Of a stretch of 64,000 nt of DNA, positions 12,871 to 25,949 are shown piece after piece. The number at the start of each line of letters is the position of its first letter. The first letter of the stretch is position 1. The position numbers were made by a program, and so were the translations under genes. This DNA comes from Vicugna vicugna (taxonomy: Eukaryota): contig MU061578.1 in the NCBI GenBank assembly GCA_013265495.1, forward strand, positions 877,308-941,307, given 5' to 3'. The notes under the pieces were generated by a model. It had not been told where the DNA came from. It searched no databases and worked only from the letters and a program-made list of their open reading frames with translations.

Positions 12871-13469
12871 GCAGGAGAGCTTGTCACTATTATGACCGTG
12901 GCTCGCCCTTGCTGCATGAAGACACGGGGCCAGATGACTTACAAGGACTCTTTCATGTAATAGTCAAAGCAGCCTCACAAGTTTGGTACGAGGAACACCA
13001 AATCGCTTCTCAATAGGAGATACTCGCTGTGGGTGCTGTGTGCCGGGTGTCACTCAGGGATTTGTCCATAGTCATTTGAAGGGGTAGGTTGACTTCCAAA
13101 ACCGCCCAGCCGTGAGCAGGATCAAACTGAGGAGTGTATGATATGATTCTTGCTAACTCACCGAAAGAGAGTAACAACAGTAAAGAGCCATCTCAGTATG
13201 TCACCAAACACCCATTTATATTATATATATATATGTATATACGTATGTGTGCATACGTATCTGGATAATTCAGCAGCCATTTATGGATCACTAGAAATAC
13301 ATGCATAAATTCTACAGAAATAGCTACAGAAATATCCACAAGTCTACATGTTGTAGAGATAATATAACTTTCATTATCCACCAAACTGTAAGCACCCTGA
13401 AGACACAGGCGGTGTCTACCTTGTGTAATATTTTATCCTTAGTGCTTCTGAAACCCTACTATGTTCCAT

Positions 13470-13650
13470 TTATATCATTATTCAGTTCCTAACCCAAATA
13501 GGCTTGCAGAGTATGCAGCACTATCCTCATTTTGCAGATGAGCAAAACTGAGGCCCAGAGAGTGAAGCAGCCTGCCCAGATGTCACAAGGAGTAAGAGGC
13601 AGAGCTCGGAGTCAAGCCCAGGACCTTTTGTCTCAAAAGCCAGAGTCCTT
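13470..13650 (-). mobile_element. MIR SINE
   Basis: cctcattttgcagatgagcaaaactgaggcccagagagtgaagcagcctgcccagatgtcaca. Confidence 0.85.
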
Positions 13651-14227
13651 TGCCTGCATCTCCCTGTTGTCATGCACAGAAAGCAAATGTGTGATAGTTC
13701 TGAAAGGTACAGAGAGAACGGGAACCCCTGAAGTCTCCGCCTGCCCCTCCCAGATCTGCGACTTCTCGGAGGAGAGATGGGCCCCAGGAGGATGACTTTT
13801 ATCCAATTCCCCAGTGGCTTTCTGTTTCCTCGAATAAGTGCCAAGACCCAGCAGATCATTAATTACGACTTCGCACAAACGGCTTCCCACATCCCCTTGC
13901 AGGCATGCTTGTGCCCTTGTAGGAAAGAGGATTTCTCAGCAGCAGAAAGCGGCCTGTGCTTCTGGCTCTACACACGGCTCTCAGCGCTGCATCTGCTCGT
14001 GTGGCACCATGGCCTTCAGGCAGGAGGGAACCCACAACTGAAAATGAGTCTGTGCTTGAAACAAGGAGGGTGATGGAAACAGGGGCTTGCAGCTTTCAGG
14101 AAGTAAATACCATAGGAGAAAAATACGAGATGGTGATAATTAAAGCAAACAACAAATGTCTGTATCACATTAATTTTTTTTCCCAAAGGACTACTGTATC
14201 CACTTTCTCATTTGTGGGATTAGGATA

Positions 14228-14410
14228 AATATTCACTGAGCACCTACTATGTTTCAGGCAGTCTCTCCCTTAACCCTCTAAACAGCACGACATGGTTAGT
14301 ATCACTAGCCCTAGTTTACAGATAGAGAAACTGAGGACCACAGAAAACCCAGTAGAAGGACTGGATTTCAGATCTGTCATGCCTCAAATTTCTTGCTCCG
14401 GCCATGACCC
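14228..14410 (-). mobile_element. MIR SINE (internally deleted)
   Basis: actgagcacctactatgtttcaggca...tttacagatagagaaactgagg. Confidence 0.75.
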
Positions 14411-15899
14411 CATGTTGCTTCCCGAAGACCCAGTGTGGCAGACAGCACAAGACAAATGTGCCCACTTGAAGTACGGAAAACTGAAACTCAAGAGAGTTTA
14501 TGTGGTTCTCCCAAGAGACATAGCCTTCACAAGTAGTCAAGGACCCACGATATTCCACCTTTATTCAAGAAAATGATAATGAATAGCTTTAAGAGACAGT
14601 TTGAGCAAGAGGCATGTGTTTTCTGAGCACAGCCATCAAGGGACTAATACCAGGCTGTAACTGGTGCCTATTCTTGAGACTCACTTAAGCCCACCCCCTG
14701 GCACCTGCATTTTCTGCACAGATTCAGTAAACTTTGCTGTCACAAACTGGGGAGGGTAGAATCTCAGATAAAACCCCCAAATTAAGCTGAAGATGCCTAT
14801 TATGAAAGTGAATTATTGACAAGTGTTCTGGTGAATACAGGGCTCTGCTAAAAATGGGGTGTGTTGGGGAAAGGTGGATTTGACACCATGACAACACTAA
14901 AAGAAAGAAACTCTGGCTACACTTGCTTCCAAAAGTGAGACATGGGTTGGAACAAAATCAGAGAGCGACATCCTCTCATTAATCGACTGTGATCAGATGC
15001 ATGAGGTCAGTTTAATACTCTAGACTCCAGGAGAAAGGAGCTGCCCACATCCTTTCCTGCAGACAAAGTCTCAAAGGCTGCTAAAGTGTCCTGTGGGCAG
15101 GGGCAGGTCAAAGCAAGGGCAAACATGGTAGAGTCAAGTCTCCGGGCTGGAGTCAGCTTTTCCTACCACAGAAATGTACAGATGAGCAAAGAGGTCACCT
15201 CCAAATTCTGAAGGTGAGACTCAGAGGGACACTCTCTCACTTCCCACCAACAGGAAGCCACGCCAAGGCCAGCCGGTCATCCTCCCCACCCACATTTCTG
15301 AAGACCTGTATGAGCAAGAGGATAATTGGTAGGTAGTATTCAGAGTGGTAAAATGTACTGGGTTTGCGTCTGGCCAGCTTACAGCTCAGATTTTACCTCT
15401 CTGAGATACTAGGGTAGTCCTTCTAAGAAATAAGACCGTTGCAATGATTAAATAGATAATAACCATGTATATGAACTATTCTGTACAATATTTGGTTCAT
15501 AAGAATTTGTAAAATTAAAATAACATTTTCATTATCTTGATTACCTTGATCCCCATGAGAAAGTCATTGACATTCTGCAAAAGGTATTACCAAGAAGCTG
15601 AAAGCATGAATGGGTGTCTCTTCTACGTTCACATGAAGGAGGAGGCTAGAGATTGTCTCCTGGGTACATAAGCATATGAATCCTAGGAGAGTATTGATTG
15701 AAAAAAAAAAAAAACACCCTTCTGCTGAAATTTAAGAATAGCTCCGTACCATATAAATTAGATGGATTTATGTCATCTAATTACTAACTACCCACATCCA
15801 TTAAGTTGTTAACTTACTAATAGAATTTCAGTTTATTCAGGTAAAGGGATAATACTATTTGATCTCAGTGAGGTGAGTCCACTTACTCAGACATAGGGA

Positions 15900-16284
15900 A
15901 TAAATAATGATCAACTTAAACTGGTCAGGGTCATGCAATTACCTTTTGCAAGTATGCTATCCAGTTCTGGCAAATCAGATGTAATTTCATGTCTCCTTGA
16001 TGCCTTGTTAAAAAGTAAGTGCTTTGTCCCTGTGCTTTTAGACTTCAGGCTCTGGTGTGTGAACATGATGCTCGGAACTTTAGCAACCACCTTGCTGTCA
16101 TGAGGAGAAGTAATGGCTAAACGCAACCAGAGTTTTTAATGCTGGCATTAAGCCAATTAACCAATTCTAGGACCAGTTACTTTAAAGGCTTCTTGTTAAA
16201 AAAAAAAAACTCTTTTTGAGTTAAGCCACTCACTGGTAGTCAGTTTTTGGTTACTTTTAGTTAAAAGAAATGCAAATTGATTCA
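15900..16284 (+). mobile_element. Old ERVL/MaLR LTR (MLT1J/K/L-like)
   Basis: catgatgctcggaactttagcaaccaccttg...catgag and a 3' end ttaagccactc...ttggttactt...aaattgattca. Subfamily uncertain. Confidence 0.55.
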
Positions 16285-18592
16285 ATTATCCAAATTCAGA
16301 GCTTGAGGTTTTTTGTTGCATTTAGTGAAAAGCTGGCAAAATGGCTTCTGAAATCACCTGAATCATTTGTAACTATAATCAACTCGGCTTGCATAGGAAA
16401 TCATCTCACTGTATTTTGCTGTGGGTGTGTCAATGCCCAGAATCTGGGGACCTCAGATCCAGAAGGAACTTCACATATCATACAAGAGATGTTCCCTCTC
16501 CATCCACGGCAAGGCTCACCCGCAACCTGAGCACTCCAGCAGCTTCTCCAGCTGGACAGCTCCAATTACTAGACCATTTTTTAGTTTAATTTCCCCCATC
16601 TCCTCATCGCTGCCCCAAAAAAGAGCCTTCCCTTCGGATATATTTTTCCCTGTGAGCCCCATCTGGAATGCATTCTATTCTTTTTCCAACTGCTGTCCCT
16701 TTTCACCATTTGAATACGATGGCCCCTTAGGATTCTTCATTCTACAGAATGATCGTGCTCTCAGAATATGGAAAACTAAGTTATATAAAGGTAACAACAC
16801 TTTCTATAAACCCTGAGCAAAGTGAAAAGCCATCAAAGAATTCTCTTTTACAGACTCATTCTAACAAATTCCTATTTTATTTTTTAAATGTGGGCATTCA
16901 ACTCCAGCCCTTAATCACTGAGTTGCAAGTGCTCATCCATTTGAAATGTAACTTATTTGATTTGGAGTTAATTTTTCCCCACGTCTTTAAAACCATGCGA
17001 GGAGAGGGAGGAGTGCAAACTATAGAGGTATGAATCAAAGTCAAAGTCTCAATTAGGTGTGGGAGTCGAAGGTTCAGACAGTACAGACGGAGAAGTAAAC
17101 AATGACACAATATTGAAATGTCTTTGTTAGACTCTGCTGGCAGCCCTAAGAAAGCCCTCTAGCCTCAGCTTCACATTTGCCTAAGGTTTTCCTCAGTTCT
17201 GAGTCCATTTTTTGACCTACCTGCCTCCCAGCCGTGAGTTCGGGAAGGGAAGGAAAATGTCATATCTGCAGTGGGTGATGCTGCCTCCAAATCCACCTTG
17301 AAGTCTGAGGCTGGTCTCCAGGGCCCAAAGAATTAAAACGGATGCAGTGAACTTGACTTGCATGTAGTTGCTGCCATCTTAATAAGGTGAGAGCAGCTTG
17401 GGGATCCCAGGAACATGCAGCTCAGGCCTTGCCATATGGAGCCAGCCTGGAATCTGTCAAGTTCACTTAGCGCATTTTCTCTTTGGGGAGTCAGCCAGGC
17501 AATCACGTTCAGGGGGCAGGAGGGAGAGGCAAGAACATGGGGAGAAAGGGCTGTTGAAATATTGAAGCTACTGCCGATGTAAAGCCAGATGCATAATCTC
17601 CCTCCCCTCCCACCCCCCACCGGTAAACACTCTTCTCATAGACCCACGCTGGAGCTGAGCACTGACAATGATTTAGGGCTGTTGGGGGAAAGGAATTGAA
17701 ATAGCTGGTATGAATATATGTATTTCAGGAAGAAGTAATAAGCATGTTTCTCACTGTCGGTGGATGAACCACATTTGCATCAATGTCTTATTTCTGCCCT
17801 GAACAACCCAAGAGACAGATATACCAGTTTTCACATCCACAAGAATGCTATTTTTTGTGGTTAGTTTTGTGGTCCTCATGTGTGAGAGATCTTAAGAACA
17901 AAAAGGAGTGAGAAAACGGCAGGGATTTGGGGGAAGAGGAATCAAGTAACTAGCTGTTAAGAAGAGTGCTACCCACCCACTGCTGCAGCCTGAGAGCAAG
18001 CGCTCCATATACTTCCCGGCAAGGGAAGGAGAGTCCAGGATTCCACACCAGTGCAACTCTGCTCTGAGGGATGGGAATGAGGGCATCTCTGCAAAGCTCT
18101 GGGAAAAAAAGCCCGAATTGAAAATGTAATCTCCATTTCATACTTTTCACTGATATTCAGCATAAAAGCAATGCTAGCCCATGGCTGGCCAAATTCAATG
18201 CAATTTATATGCAGCCTCATACATCTTTGCAGGGATTTTGCAGGGAGACCAAATCTTACTGGCATAGGGGTGCGGTGATGCTTCAGAGGGGTCTTTCTGG
18301 GGAAATGAAGTGAGGGATTTAATTTTGTACAGTTTATAGGATGTGCCCTCACGGTGACATTTCCAGGGACAACTGGGCGTTGTTATCCCTTGGAGATGAG
18401 GAAGACTTCGTTTTCAGAATGTTGCTCGTGTAGCCTTTGCTCCCACAGAGGAACTGACAAAAACCAACTTAGGTCTGCTTCTTGCATCTCACGAGTCATG
18501 TGAACCTGGGCTGGTTTCTTAATTGCCCTGGGCTGACTCACTACGGGTAACACCACCGAACCACCACTGTCACGCTTTACATATGGGAAAGA

Positions 18593-18790
18593 GTAACCGG
18601 CATTTCGTCAGTGCTCCACATCTGCCAGGCATTTCTCAAAGTGTTTTACACACATAATCTCGGTGAATTCTCACATATTACAGATGCAGGATGTGAAGAA
18701 AAGAAAAGGTGAAGGAGACTGAGGAGGATCACAGCTTATAACTGTTGCAGGGAGGATTCAAACTCAAATATTCTGACTCCAGAGGCTTTT
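18593..18790 (-). mobile_element. MIR SINE
   Basis: tgccaggcatttctcaaagtgttttacacacataatctc...ggattcaaactcaaatattctgactccagag. Confidence 0.7.
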
Positions 18791-18949
18791 TTATGGGTTA
18801 CTACCCTGCAGCTGGCTCTCCGCTGAGAAGTTCTCAACTCAGTTCCTGGCATACACTAAGCACCCAATAAATGCCACCTCCTATCTGTATCGAATTGACA
18901 AACATTAAAATATTTCAGGTGGCTATACTAGCCACGTCAATGCCTTAGA

Positions 18950-19070
18950 ACAAACCAATTCTCATTTTCATGTGGGGAAACTGAGACCCAAACAGGCTTA
19001 ATAGCAGCCCAAAGTCACCCAGGCAGTAAGCAGCCAAGACTATAATCAAGGGCTCAGACTCCAGAAGCAC
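18950..19070 (-). mobile_element. MIR SINE fragment
   Basis: ctcattttcatgtggggaaactgagaccca...gcccaaagtcacccagg...cagactccaga. Confidence 0.7.
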
Positions 19071-19569
19071 CACCTTGGCTACATCGCTATCCCAGAATGC
19101 CCGCCCATGACGCACCCTCCAGATGCACACTCCTCACTAGTCCCGCCCAGCACAGAAAACGGAATCGCAAGCTTTCCCCCTCTATCCCCTGAGTAATCTC
19201 CCTCCCGAATTCCTGTGAGCCAACAGACAATGGCAGGAAGGAACACAGATACCCCTCCTGGGGGTCTGCATGAAACACAAGCTCTCGAGAGGAGCCTCCG
19301 GTCATTAAAAAGGCACCCATCTGTCTTTTCTAAGCTCTTATAAACTCTCAAAGGACTGCCTGGCTTAGTGAGCAATCACTCACTGCGGCAAACACCTGGC
19401 GAGTGTGGCAATCACTTGGAGCACAATCGTAGGACATGCAAGAATCACAGGGGAAGACAGTGGCTCAGCAGCGGTGCCCAGAATAGCACGGGGACTCCGT
19501 AAATAATGGATGAATGAATAGGAGGAAACGGGTGAAATGTTTTCCCTAACGAAACGGCATTAAGAGTAA

Positions 19570-19790
19570 TAGCTGACACACAAAAGAACGCTTACTTGCT
19601 AATGGCTTTATACACATCATCTCATCTAACCCTCCCCAGAAATCTTAGGAGTTCATTTCTGCTATCAGGTCCATTTCACAGAAGTGAAAATGAAGCTTGG
19701 GAAAGGCAAAGCTTTAGAACTCATCTGAAGACACGTTAGTAATAAGAAGTGAAGCCCGTCTGACCCAAGAGCCAAGCTCCTTGGAACTGG
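19570..19790 (-). mobile_element. MIR SINE
   Basis: tacacatcatctcatctaaccctc...ccatttcacagaagtgaaaatgaagctt...gtctgacccaagagcc. Confidence 0.65.
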
Positions 19791-19799
19791 CTGTGCACC

Positions 19800-21330
19800 A
19801 GCTACCTGAGGGCACCGTCAAATCCCATTAAATTAGCCTGAAGGGAGAATCCACCCTTAATTGTTAAGAGTTAGAGGCATAGATAGATTATCTTTGTAGT
19901 AAGTTAAAGTGCACTAGGAAACCCAAGGAGGTACCACAGAGACCATTTGTTCAAAAGCATAATAGCTGGGGAAGATGGGGGTGGGAGGTGGCTTTAATGA
20001 AAAGATAACATTGATTTCTAATTAACATCTCAAGTGTTTGCCAGTTAATAGGTGGTTCAAACAGTGCTTGAGGGGGTTTAAAAAAAAAGTTCGAGAGCTA
20101 GAAGGTGCTTGGGCATTTGACACATTCTCTAGCATAACTGCCTTCTTCATTGGGGTTGCCTAGGAGGAAAGCAATTGTGAGACAAAAATGAACATCCACA
20201 CGCTCTATTCACATATGAAGGCAGCAAAGAAATGGGGTGGGGAAACTGACAAATAAGAAGAAACTACTCTTGGATTACATAATGCCTCCTCTCTCCCTCT
20301 CCCTCTCTCTCTCGCTTTCTCCAGCAATTAAAATCCAGCCAAATGGAGCATAAAAAGATCCTATTATTTCAGGAGTTGTCCCAGTCCATTATAGAGCCGG
20401 GAAGCAAAGAGGAAAATCAGTAAATCAATTCCATTGATTATTTACTATGTTCCTTTTAATATGGCGCTTGCTGTAAATAAAGCAAAATAGACTTAAAAGC
20501 AGTGCCGCCATTTTCATGGATTCACCCTATCGTTCCAATGTTTTTATCTAATGACATTTATATTTATTAAACTCTGTAAAACAGATATTCCTTTCTGCGC
20601 CTTCTGTTTTTAATGAAATAATTGTACCATCACCCCAGTCATGTGACCACATGCTGTAATTTACGTGAATCTACTTGTGTATTAACTGTCTGTCTCTGGA
20701 ATGCTGCACAAAAATGGTAACGGTGGAACCACTGGGGAGTGGAGCCGAGCTGCTGCGGAGAGGCGTGGAAGGAGGTGTTTCACAGTAAACCTTAAACTGT
20801 ACGTTTGCACGGTGTACAGCATAAGTGTAATATTTTAAAAATAAAGTATTTTATATCAAAATGACATAATGTTTTCTTTGCAAGTTTCATAACACTGGTT
20901 TCTAGACTTTACAATGCAGCAACGGTGGAGAAAATTGACTTGCAAATGAGTTAACCCCTAAAGAATCACGTGTGACAGTTGCGAGAAGGTGCTATGTTAA
21001 TGGCAAGTTTATGTTGCTTCATAAATTCTCCCCCAACAGCAGGTTGAAGTTGGGTAGAAGATGAGCCACATCTTATCCTAAAGGGGAAAAATGTCCTATG
21101 TCTATGTCTGTCTCTGTGTTTTTTTAATGTCTGAATTAAAAGAGAAGCTACTTTTCTCCCATTGCCCTGTAGAGGAAAAGAAGTTAACAGAAGGATGCCA
21201 CATTCACTTTGATTTTTTTTTTTCTCTCTAATGTCAAGTATCAGGCGGGGTGTGTTGATGCCAAGATGCTGGGCAGAGTGGGTAAGCGGTGTCAAACACA
21301 CACTAAACTGTTTCTGCCACTTTTTTTTTT
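19800..21330. promoter_or_regulatory. Candidate conserved non-coding element/enhancer cluster
   Basis: ~1.5 kb with no recognisable repeat; AT-rich with retained CpGs. GTAAATCAA 20420, AATATGGCG 20458, GTAAATAA 20473, GCCGCCATTTT 20504 and CACGTG+TGACAG 20967-20978. Confidence 0.5.
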
Positions 21331-22468
21331 TTTACCTACTGCCTCATCTCTACTCTGGGAAACATCAGCCCCCATCTCCCTTCCATCAGCTTCTTCAGCA
21401 CATACTGAGTGGGGCTGACATTCGACCCATGGAAGCAGGAAATAACACGGAATATAGGGCATGCCAAACCAGTGACACCTCTTCCCAGCAGTAGTGACAG
21501 CCCAGCTGTGGGCCAGACCCTGGAGCTCCCAGACAGAAGAGAATCACACATCACTCTTAAGGGAAGGCGACTGAAGGTCTTAACCTCTTCAGTCTCTTCC
21601 ATTTTAAATACATCCATTGAGGACAAGAAAATGGACAGAACTTCAAATCATGTTTGAGGTCAATGTCTCTGGATTTCTCCCCTTTCTTGATCTGCTGTGC
21701 ATAGCTTATGTGTAAAAAAGCCATCCCTGCCCCCCTTTCAGAATTGATTATAAATTAGAGAATATTATGACTCACTCCTTGAAGAGCCCTAGTGAGGCTC
21801 CGAAGTAAACTGGACCAAACAGTCCAACCTTATGTGTGTTAACCAGCATGGTTTGTACACTGGTTAATATGACTAACAGCATCAAAACAAATCACAGTCC
21901 AGAAGCCAGTTCCAACTTCTGGGAGAGGTGCCTGGTAACGTCTCAAAATGCAAAGTGTAAGTCCTTAAAAAACATTTAGCCCAGAAGTTCTCCTTCAAAG
22001 AATTTACTTCATGGGTATACGCACAAAAAGTACTTCAAGATGCTGCAGTTCTGCTGGTAACAGTCAAAATCTAAATCTCCGTCCCAATGGGGAGCAGTTA
22101 AATGATGGTCTCTCTGTGCTACGGATGAATGGGCACCACCGCAAAGGGCATGGCAATGCATGCTCCCCGACTGTGGAAAGTTCCCCCCAAGGATGGTTGT
22201 CAATATATAAGATGAAGTTAATGTGGCTATCTTTGCAGAGAGAAATTTTTAATTTTCACTTCCTTCCCCCTGCAAATGACCGTTTGTATATTATTTTTAT
22301 CTTTACAAGGGCTCCATTCTTGCTCTTCGTTCTATGTCAGTTTAACCTCATGGTTTCCCTTTGCCCTGAATTCTTGTTTTATAATCACATGCTCCCCCAT
22401 TGGACTTGACAGTAGGAATCACACTGTATTCCTTAAGACATCTGCTTAGGCGCCCCCCCCATCTTTTT

Positions 22469-22700
22469 ATCCATCCATCCATCCATCCTATGAGTCACTC
22501 ATTTCAAGTATTTGCTGAATGCCTCATGTAAACCAGGCACACTTTTAGATCATGGAGAAGCAACGGCGAGCAACTCACAGACATGGCACCTGTATTTAAG
22601 GAGCTGGGAGTCTAGTGTGAAGGCAGACAGGGAAGGAAGCTCCCATGAGATAAGCACTGTGATGGAGGGGACCACAGGATGCACCTGGATAATCTGGGTC
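22469..22700 (-). mobile_element. L2 LINE 3' fragment with (ATCC)n tail
   Basis: atccatccatcc...tatttgctgaatgcctcatgtaaaccaggcac...aaggagctgggagtctagtg. Confidence 0.7.
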
Positions 22701-22714
22701 GGTTAAGAAAGAGA

Positions 22715-23310
22715 GGCCAAAGGTAGAAGCAACCCAAGTGGCTATGGACAGATAAACAGATAAACAGATAAACAAAATGTGGTATATACAAGTTGTCCCT
22801 CAGTTTCAGGGTAGGGGGAGTGATTGCTCTCAGGACCCAATGCAGATACCAAAATCCGAGCTCAAGTCCCTTATCCTCAGTCTCAGTATCTGCAGTATTC
22901 ACGGGTTCCACATCCACAGATAGGAAGGGCCAACTGAATACATAATGGAATATTACTCAATCTTCAAAAAGACGGAAATTCTGACACCTGCTACAGTATG
23001 GGTGAATCTTGAGGACATTATGCTGAGCTAAATAAGCTAATCATGAAAGTGCACATCACGTATGACTCCAGCTACATGAGGTGCTTAGTGTAGACAGATT
23101 CATAGAGACAGAAATGGTGGTTGCCAGGGTCTGGGAGAGAGGGAGACAGGGGAGTGAGTGATTAATAGGGACAGAGTTCCAGTTTGGTAAGATGACAAGG
23201 CTCTCGAGATGGCTGGTGGTGATGATTGCATAACAATGTGAATATACTTCCTGCTGCTGAACTGGACGCTTCTAGTTTTAACAGCTAGTTAAAATGGTCA
23301 AATGTATGCT
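22715..23310 (+). mobile_element. L1MA/L1MB-class 3' end, interrupted by a Tigger MITE
   Basis: gccaaaggtagaagcaacccaagtg...aaaatgtggtata | taatggaatattactc...gaatcttgaggacattatgct...tggtggttgccaggg...gagttccagtttgg. Confidence 0.85.
22789..22936. mobile_element. Short MER2/Tigger2-family (TcMar) MITE nested in L1
   Basis: TIR-like ends CAAGTTGTCCCTC...GAAGGGCCAACTG after a TA; internal caggaccc...gataccaaaatcc...gctcaagtcccttat as in MER2. Confidence 0.75.
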
Positions 23311-23311
23311 C

Positions 23312-23462
23312 AATATTGGTTCGTCAGGTGCAAGATGTGTACCACAATAATGTGAGATAGTAACAACAGACGAAGCTGAGTTGAGCGTACATGGGCGCAC
23401 TGTGCTATGTTTGCAAATTTTCTGTTAATCTAAAACTATTTCAAAACAAAACGTCTATTTGA
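23312..23462 (+). mobile_element. L1MC-like extreme 3' end
   Basis: aatattggttc...tgtaccacaataatg...ttttctgttaatctaaaactatttcaaaac, similar to the end of the 49.2-49.9 kb element. Confidence 0.7.
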
Positions 23463-24867
23463 AATAGAAGCCGTTAATTCTAAGCTGAGGTGCGAAGGAT
23501 GAACTGAGGTTGCCCAAGGGAAGGTTGAATGGTAAGATCATTTCAGAGAAGAGAACCTCACTCACAAAGGTCCAGGATTGAAACAAACATCGCCTGTTAG
23601 GTTCAGACTGAAAATTATTCACTTTGGCTGGGACCGTGTTTCCAAGGCCCCAGATGTCCTGAGTCAGGTGATTAGGTTGGGATCCTACAGCTCTAAGCAG
23701 CATTCCAACCCTTGATTGTGGCTTGAGCACCAGTGGGATCCACCGTAGCAAAGCATTTACGATGCTTAAAAGAAAGAAGAAGTGAGGATCCAGGGAAACT
23801 CCTAAATCCTTGCTCAGGGGCTGGCCTGGTACCACCTGCCACAGTCGACAACAACTGGTCTTTGGGAGACTTCAAAACATCACACGGATCATCTGACATT
23901 TTTCCAGACAAACAAGTACCCTGGATTCCGAAACAGCTCATGCTGGGACCTACATCACACATCAGGAGGAAAGATCTCGCACCTCGACAGTTCCATGAGT
24001 ATCAGTGTTAATAACCTGATAGAGAAATAGAAGGAAAGAAACTCCAACGTGTTATTTGCAAGTTGTCATGAAAAGAAACACCATCCGAGGGACTTGCACA
24101 TAAGCAGTGTGGTGAGCACCAGAAGCCGCGTGAGTTTATCTCTTAGCAGCTTGACACAGTGTCAACAAACTAAACGGGATACACGCAGGGGAGAAGAATT
24201 TATTGTTTTAATTATAATCTAAAGCGCAGCCTTGGTTTTTTTTTTTTTTGATAAGGCGCCAAAGCCCACCGTCTTTGGGGTGTTCCTGATGGTAAAGGTC
24301 GGGCGGGTGTGCGGAAGGGAGCTTGCTCATTGTCCCTCTCCCCTTGCAGCTCTTTTGATCCTGTGCACCAAGCAATTTTGCTGTGGAGATTTAATCCCGG
24401 GGTTTTCATACACAGCTTGTTACCTTGCTGCCAGCTCAACCGAGCTCTGTGATGCTCGCTTACTTGCAAGCGGCTAAGCTGATTCTGTCCTCAGAAGCTC
24501 AGCGGCTAACAAGCCGGAATTAGGCATTTTCCTCCTGCTTCGCTTGCTGTGAATGCATTGGATTCAGCTAAAGGTTTTCCTCTTAGCAATAACCTGTTAT
24601 CCAAAATGTACAAATTATGGACAAACCAAGTCAAGTTCAATGACCAGAGTTCTTGGACTGACTCAGATCAGGCTCATTACTTTGGCCTATAGACTGAGCT
24701 CTCCGGAAACAAAAGGAGACTGTTTAGAGACTGAAGTCAGCAAGGACCACAGTGGTTTCCAAACAGATGCCGCAGGGGTAGGAAGGACGCTGCATGTGCC
24801 TCGTCTGAAGGTTATGGGGTTTCAGCGTAGACAGACCCGCGTTCTTATCTCTACTCTTCTGTGGGTA

Positions 24868-25045
24868 CATGATCCCATTTAATCCTCAAACACCCCAGCA
24901 AGGTCACTGTAATTATCATACCACATTTTTACTGTTGAATTATCTTGCCCAAGTTCCCACCGCTAGTAAATGACAGAGCTGGGATTTGAACCAGCGTTTA
25001 CTTGATTCCAAAATCCATGTTCTCACCCATTACATTATACTGCCT
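24868..25045 (-). mobile_element. MIR SINE
   Basis: atcccatttaatcctca...cttgcccaagttcccaccgctagtaaatgacagagctgggatttgaacc...tacattatactgcct. Confidence 0.85.
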
Positions 25046-25349
25046 TCTCTAATAGTCTAGGGGTTGAATGTCCTCTCTGGGCATTTGGGGTTTTCTCTCG
25101 TCCTCTCCACCCAAGTGCATCCTTTAAGACAGCGCCAAAAGGCAGACACACAAAACCTCCAGCATCAAGGGCTGACCTTGGAGATCATTCAACCTATGAG
25201 CCTTGGATGCACAAGGGCTCCTGCAACCGGTGTCCCCAGCCGCTGTCTGTCTGTAGGCTTTGTGCTCTCCTTCGAGGGTGCCTAGCAGTTTGCTTGGGGG
25301 TGGGGGTGGGGGGGTGGTGATTAGAAAGGTCTCTCTGCCTCTCTTCTAA

Positions 25350-25610
25350 TTGTGCCTAGGTTATAAGTCTTATTCGAGTCCTCTGGAGCTTGAAGTCTGA
25401 TTTCCTCTCTAGGAGACACTCCTTCGGTTGCCCATGTGATACAGTTTTGCTGTTTATCCTTCACATCACAATTTTAAATGACTGACCTAGTTATGTGCAT
25501 TGTTTTCTAAACACACCGGAGCTGCACGAAGACCATACCTGTTCACCTCTGTTCTCCTAGTGCCTTGCTGCGTCCCTGGAGCGCAGGCGCTGCTTTGCAA
25601 ATATCTGGGG
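25350..25610 (+). mobile_element. L2 3' fragment (degraded)
   Basis: tgtttatccttcacatcacaatt...ctgttcacctctgttctcctagtgcct...caaatatctg. Confidence 0.5.
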
Positions 25611-25949
25611 ATTAGATGAGCCATCTGCCTGGGCGCATGCGCGCCCCCGTCACTGTGCCATCTTGGTCGCCGTTCCCTGCTCTCAGCTGCCCTCGTTCCT
25701 CTGCGAGCGTGGGGTCCCCGAGTGAACAACGAGACCGGGATAATAACACAGTTCCCTTGACGGAGAACCTTTGCTCGTGCACTACAGGGGTGCTTCTTTC
25801 CTATCACACCTGCGGATGCAGGTCCGTCTCTCTGTTGCCATTTCACAGACGCGCACGGCTAGTGGGTGCAGAGCTGGGATCCCAAACAATGATACATCCC
25901 CGATAAGCCGGGCCCTGCCTCTTTTGTGAGGCTCAGGTGAAAGCAAGAC

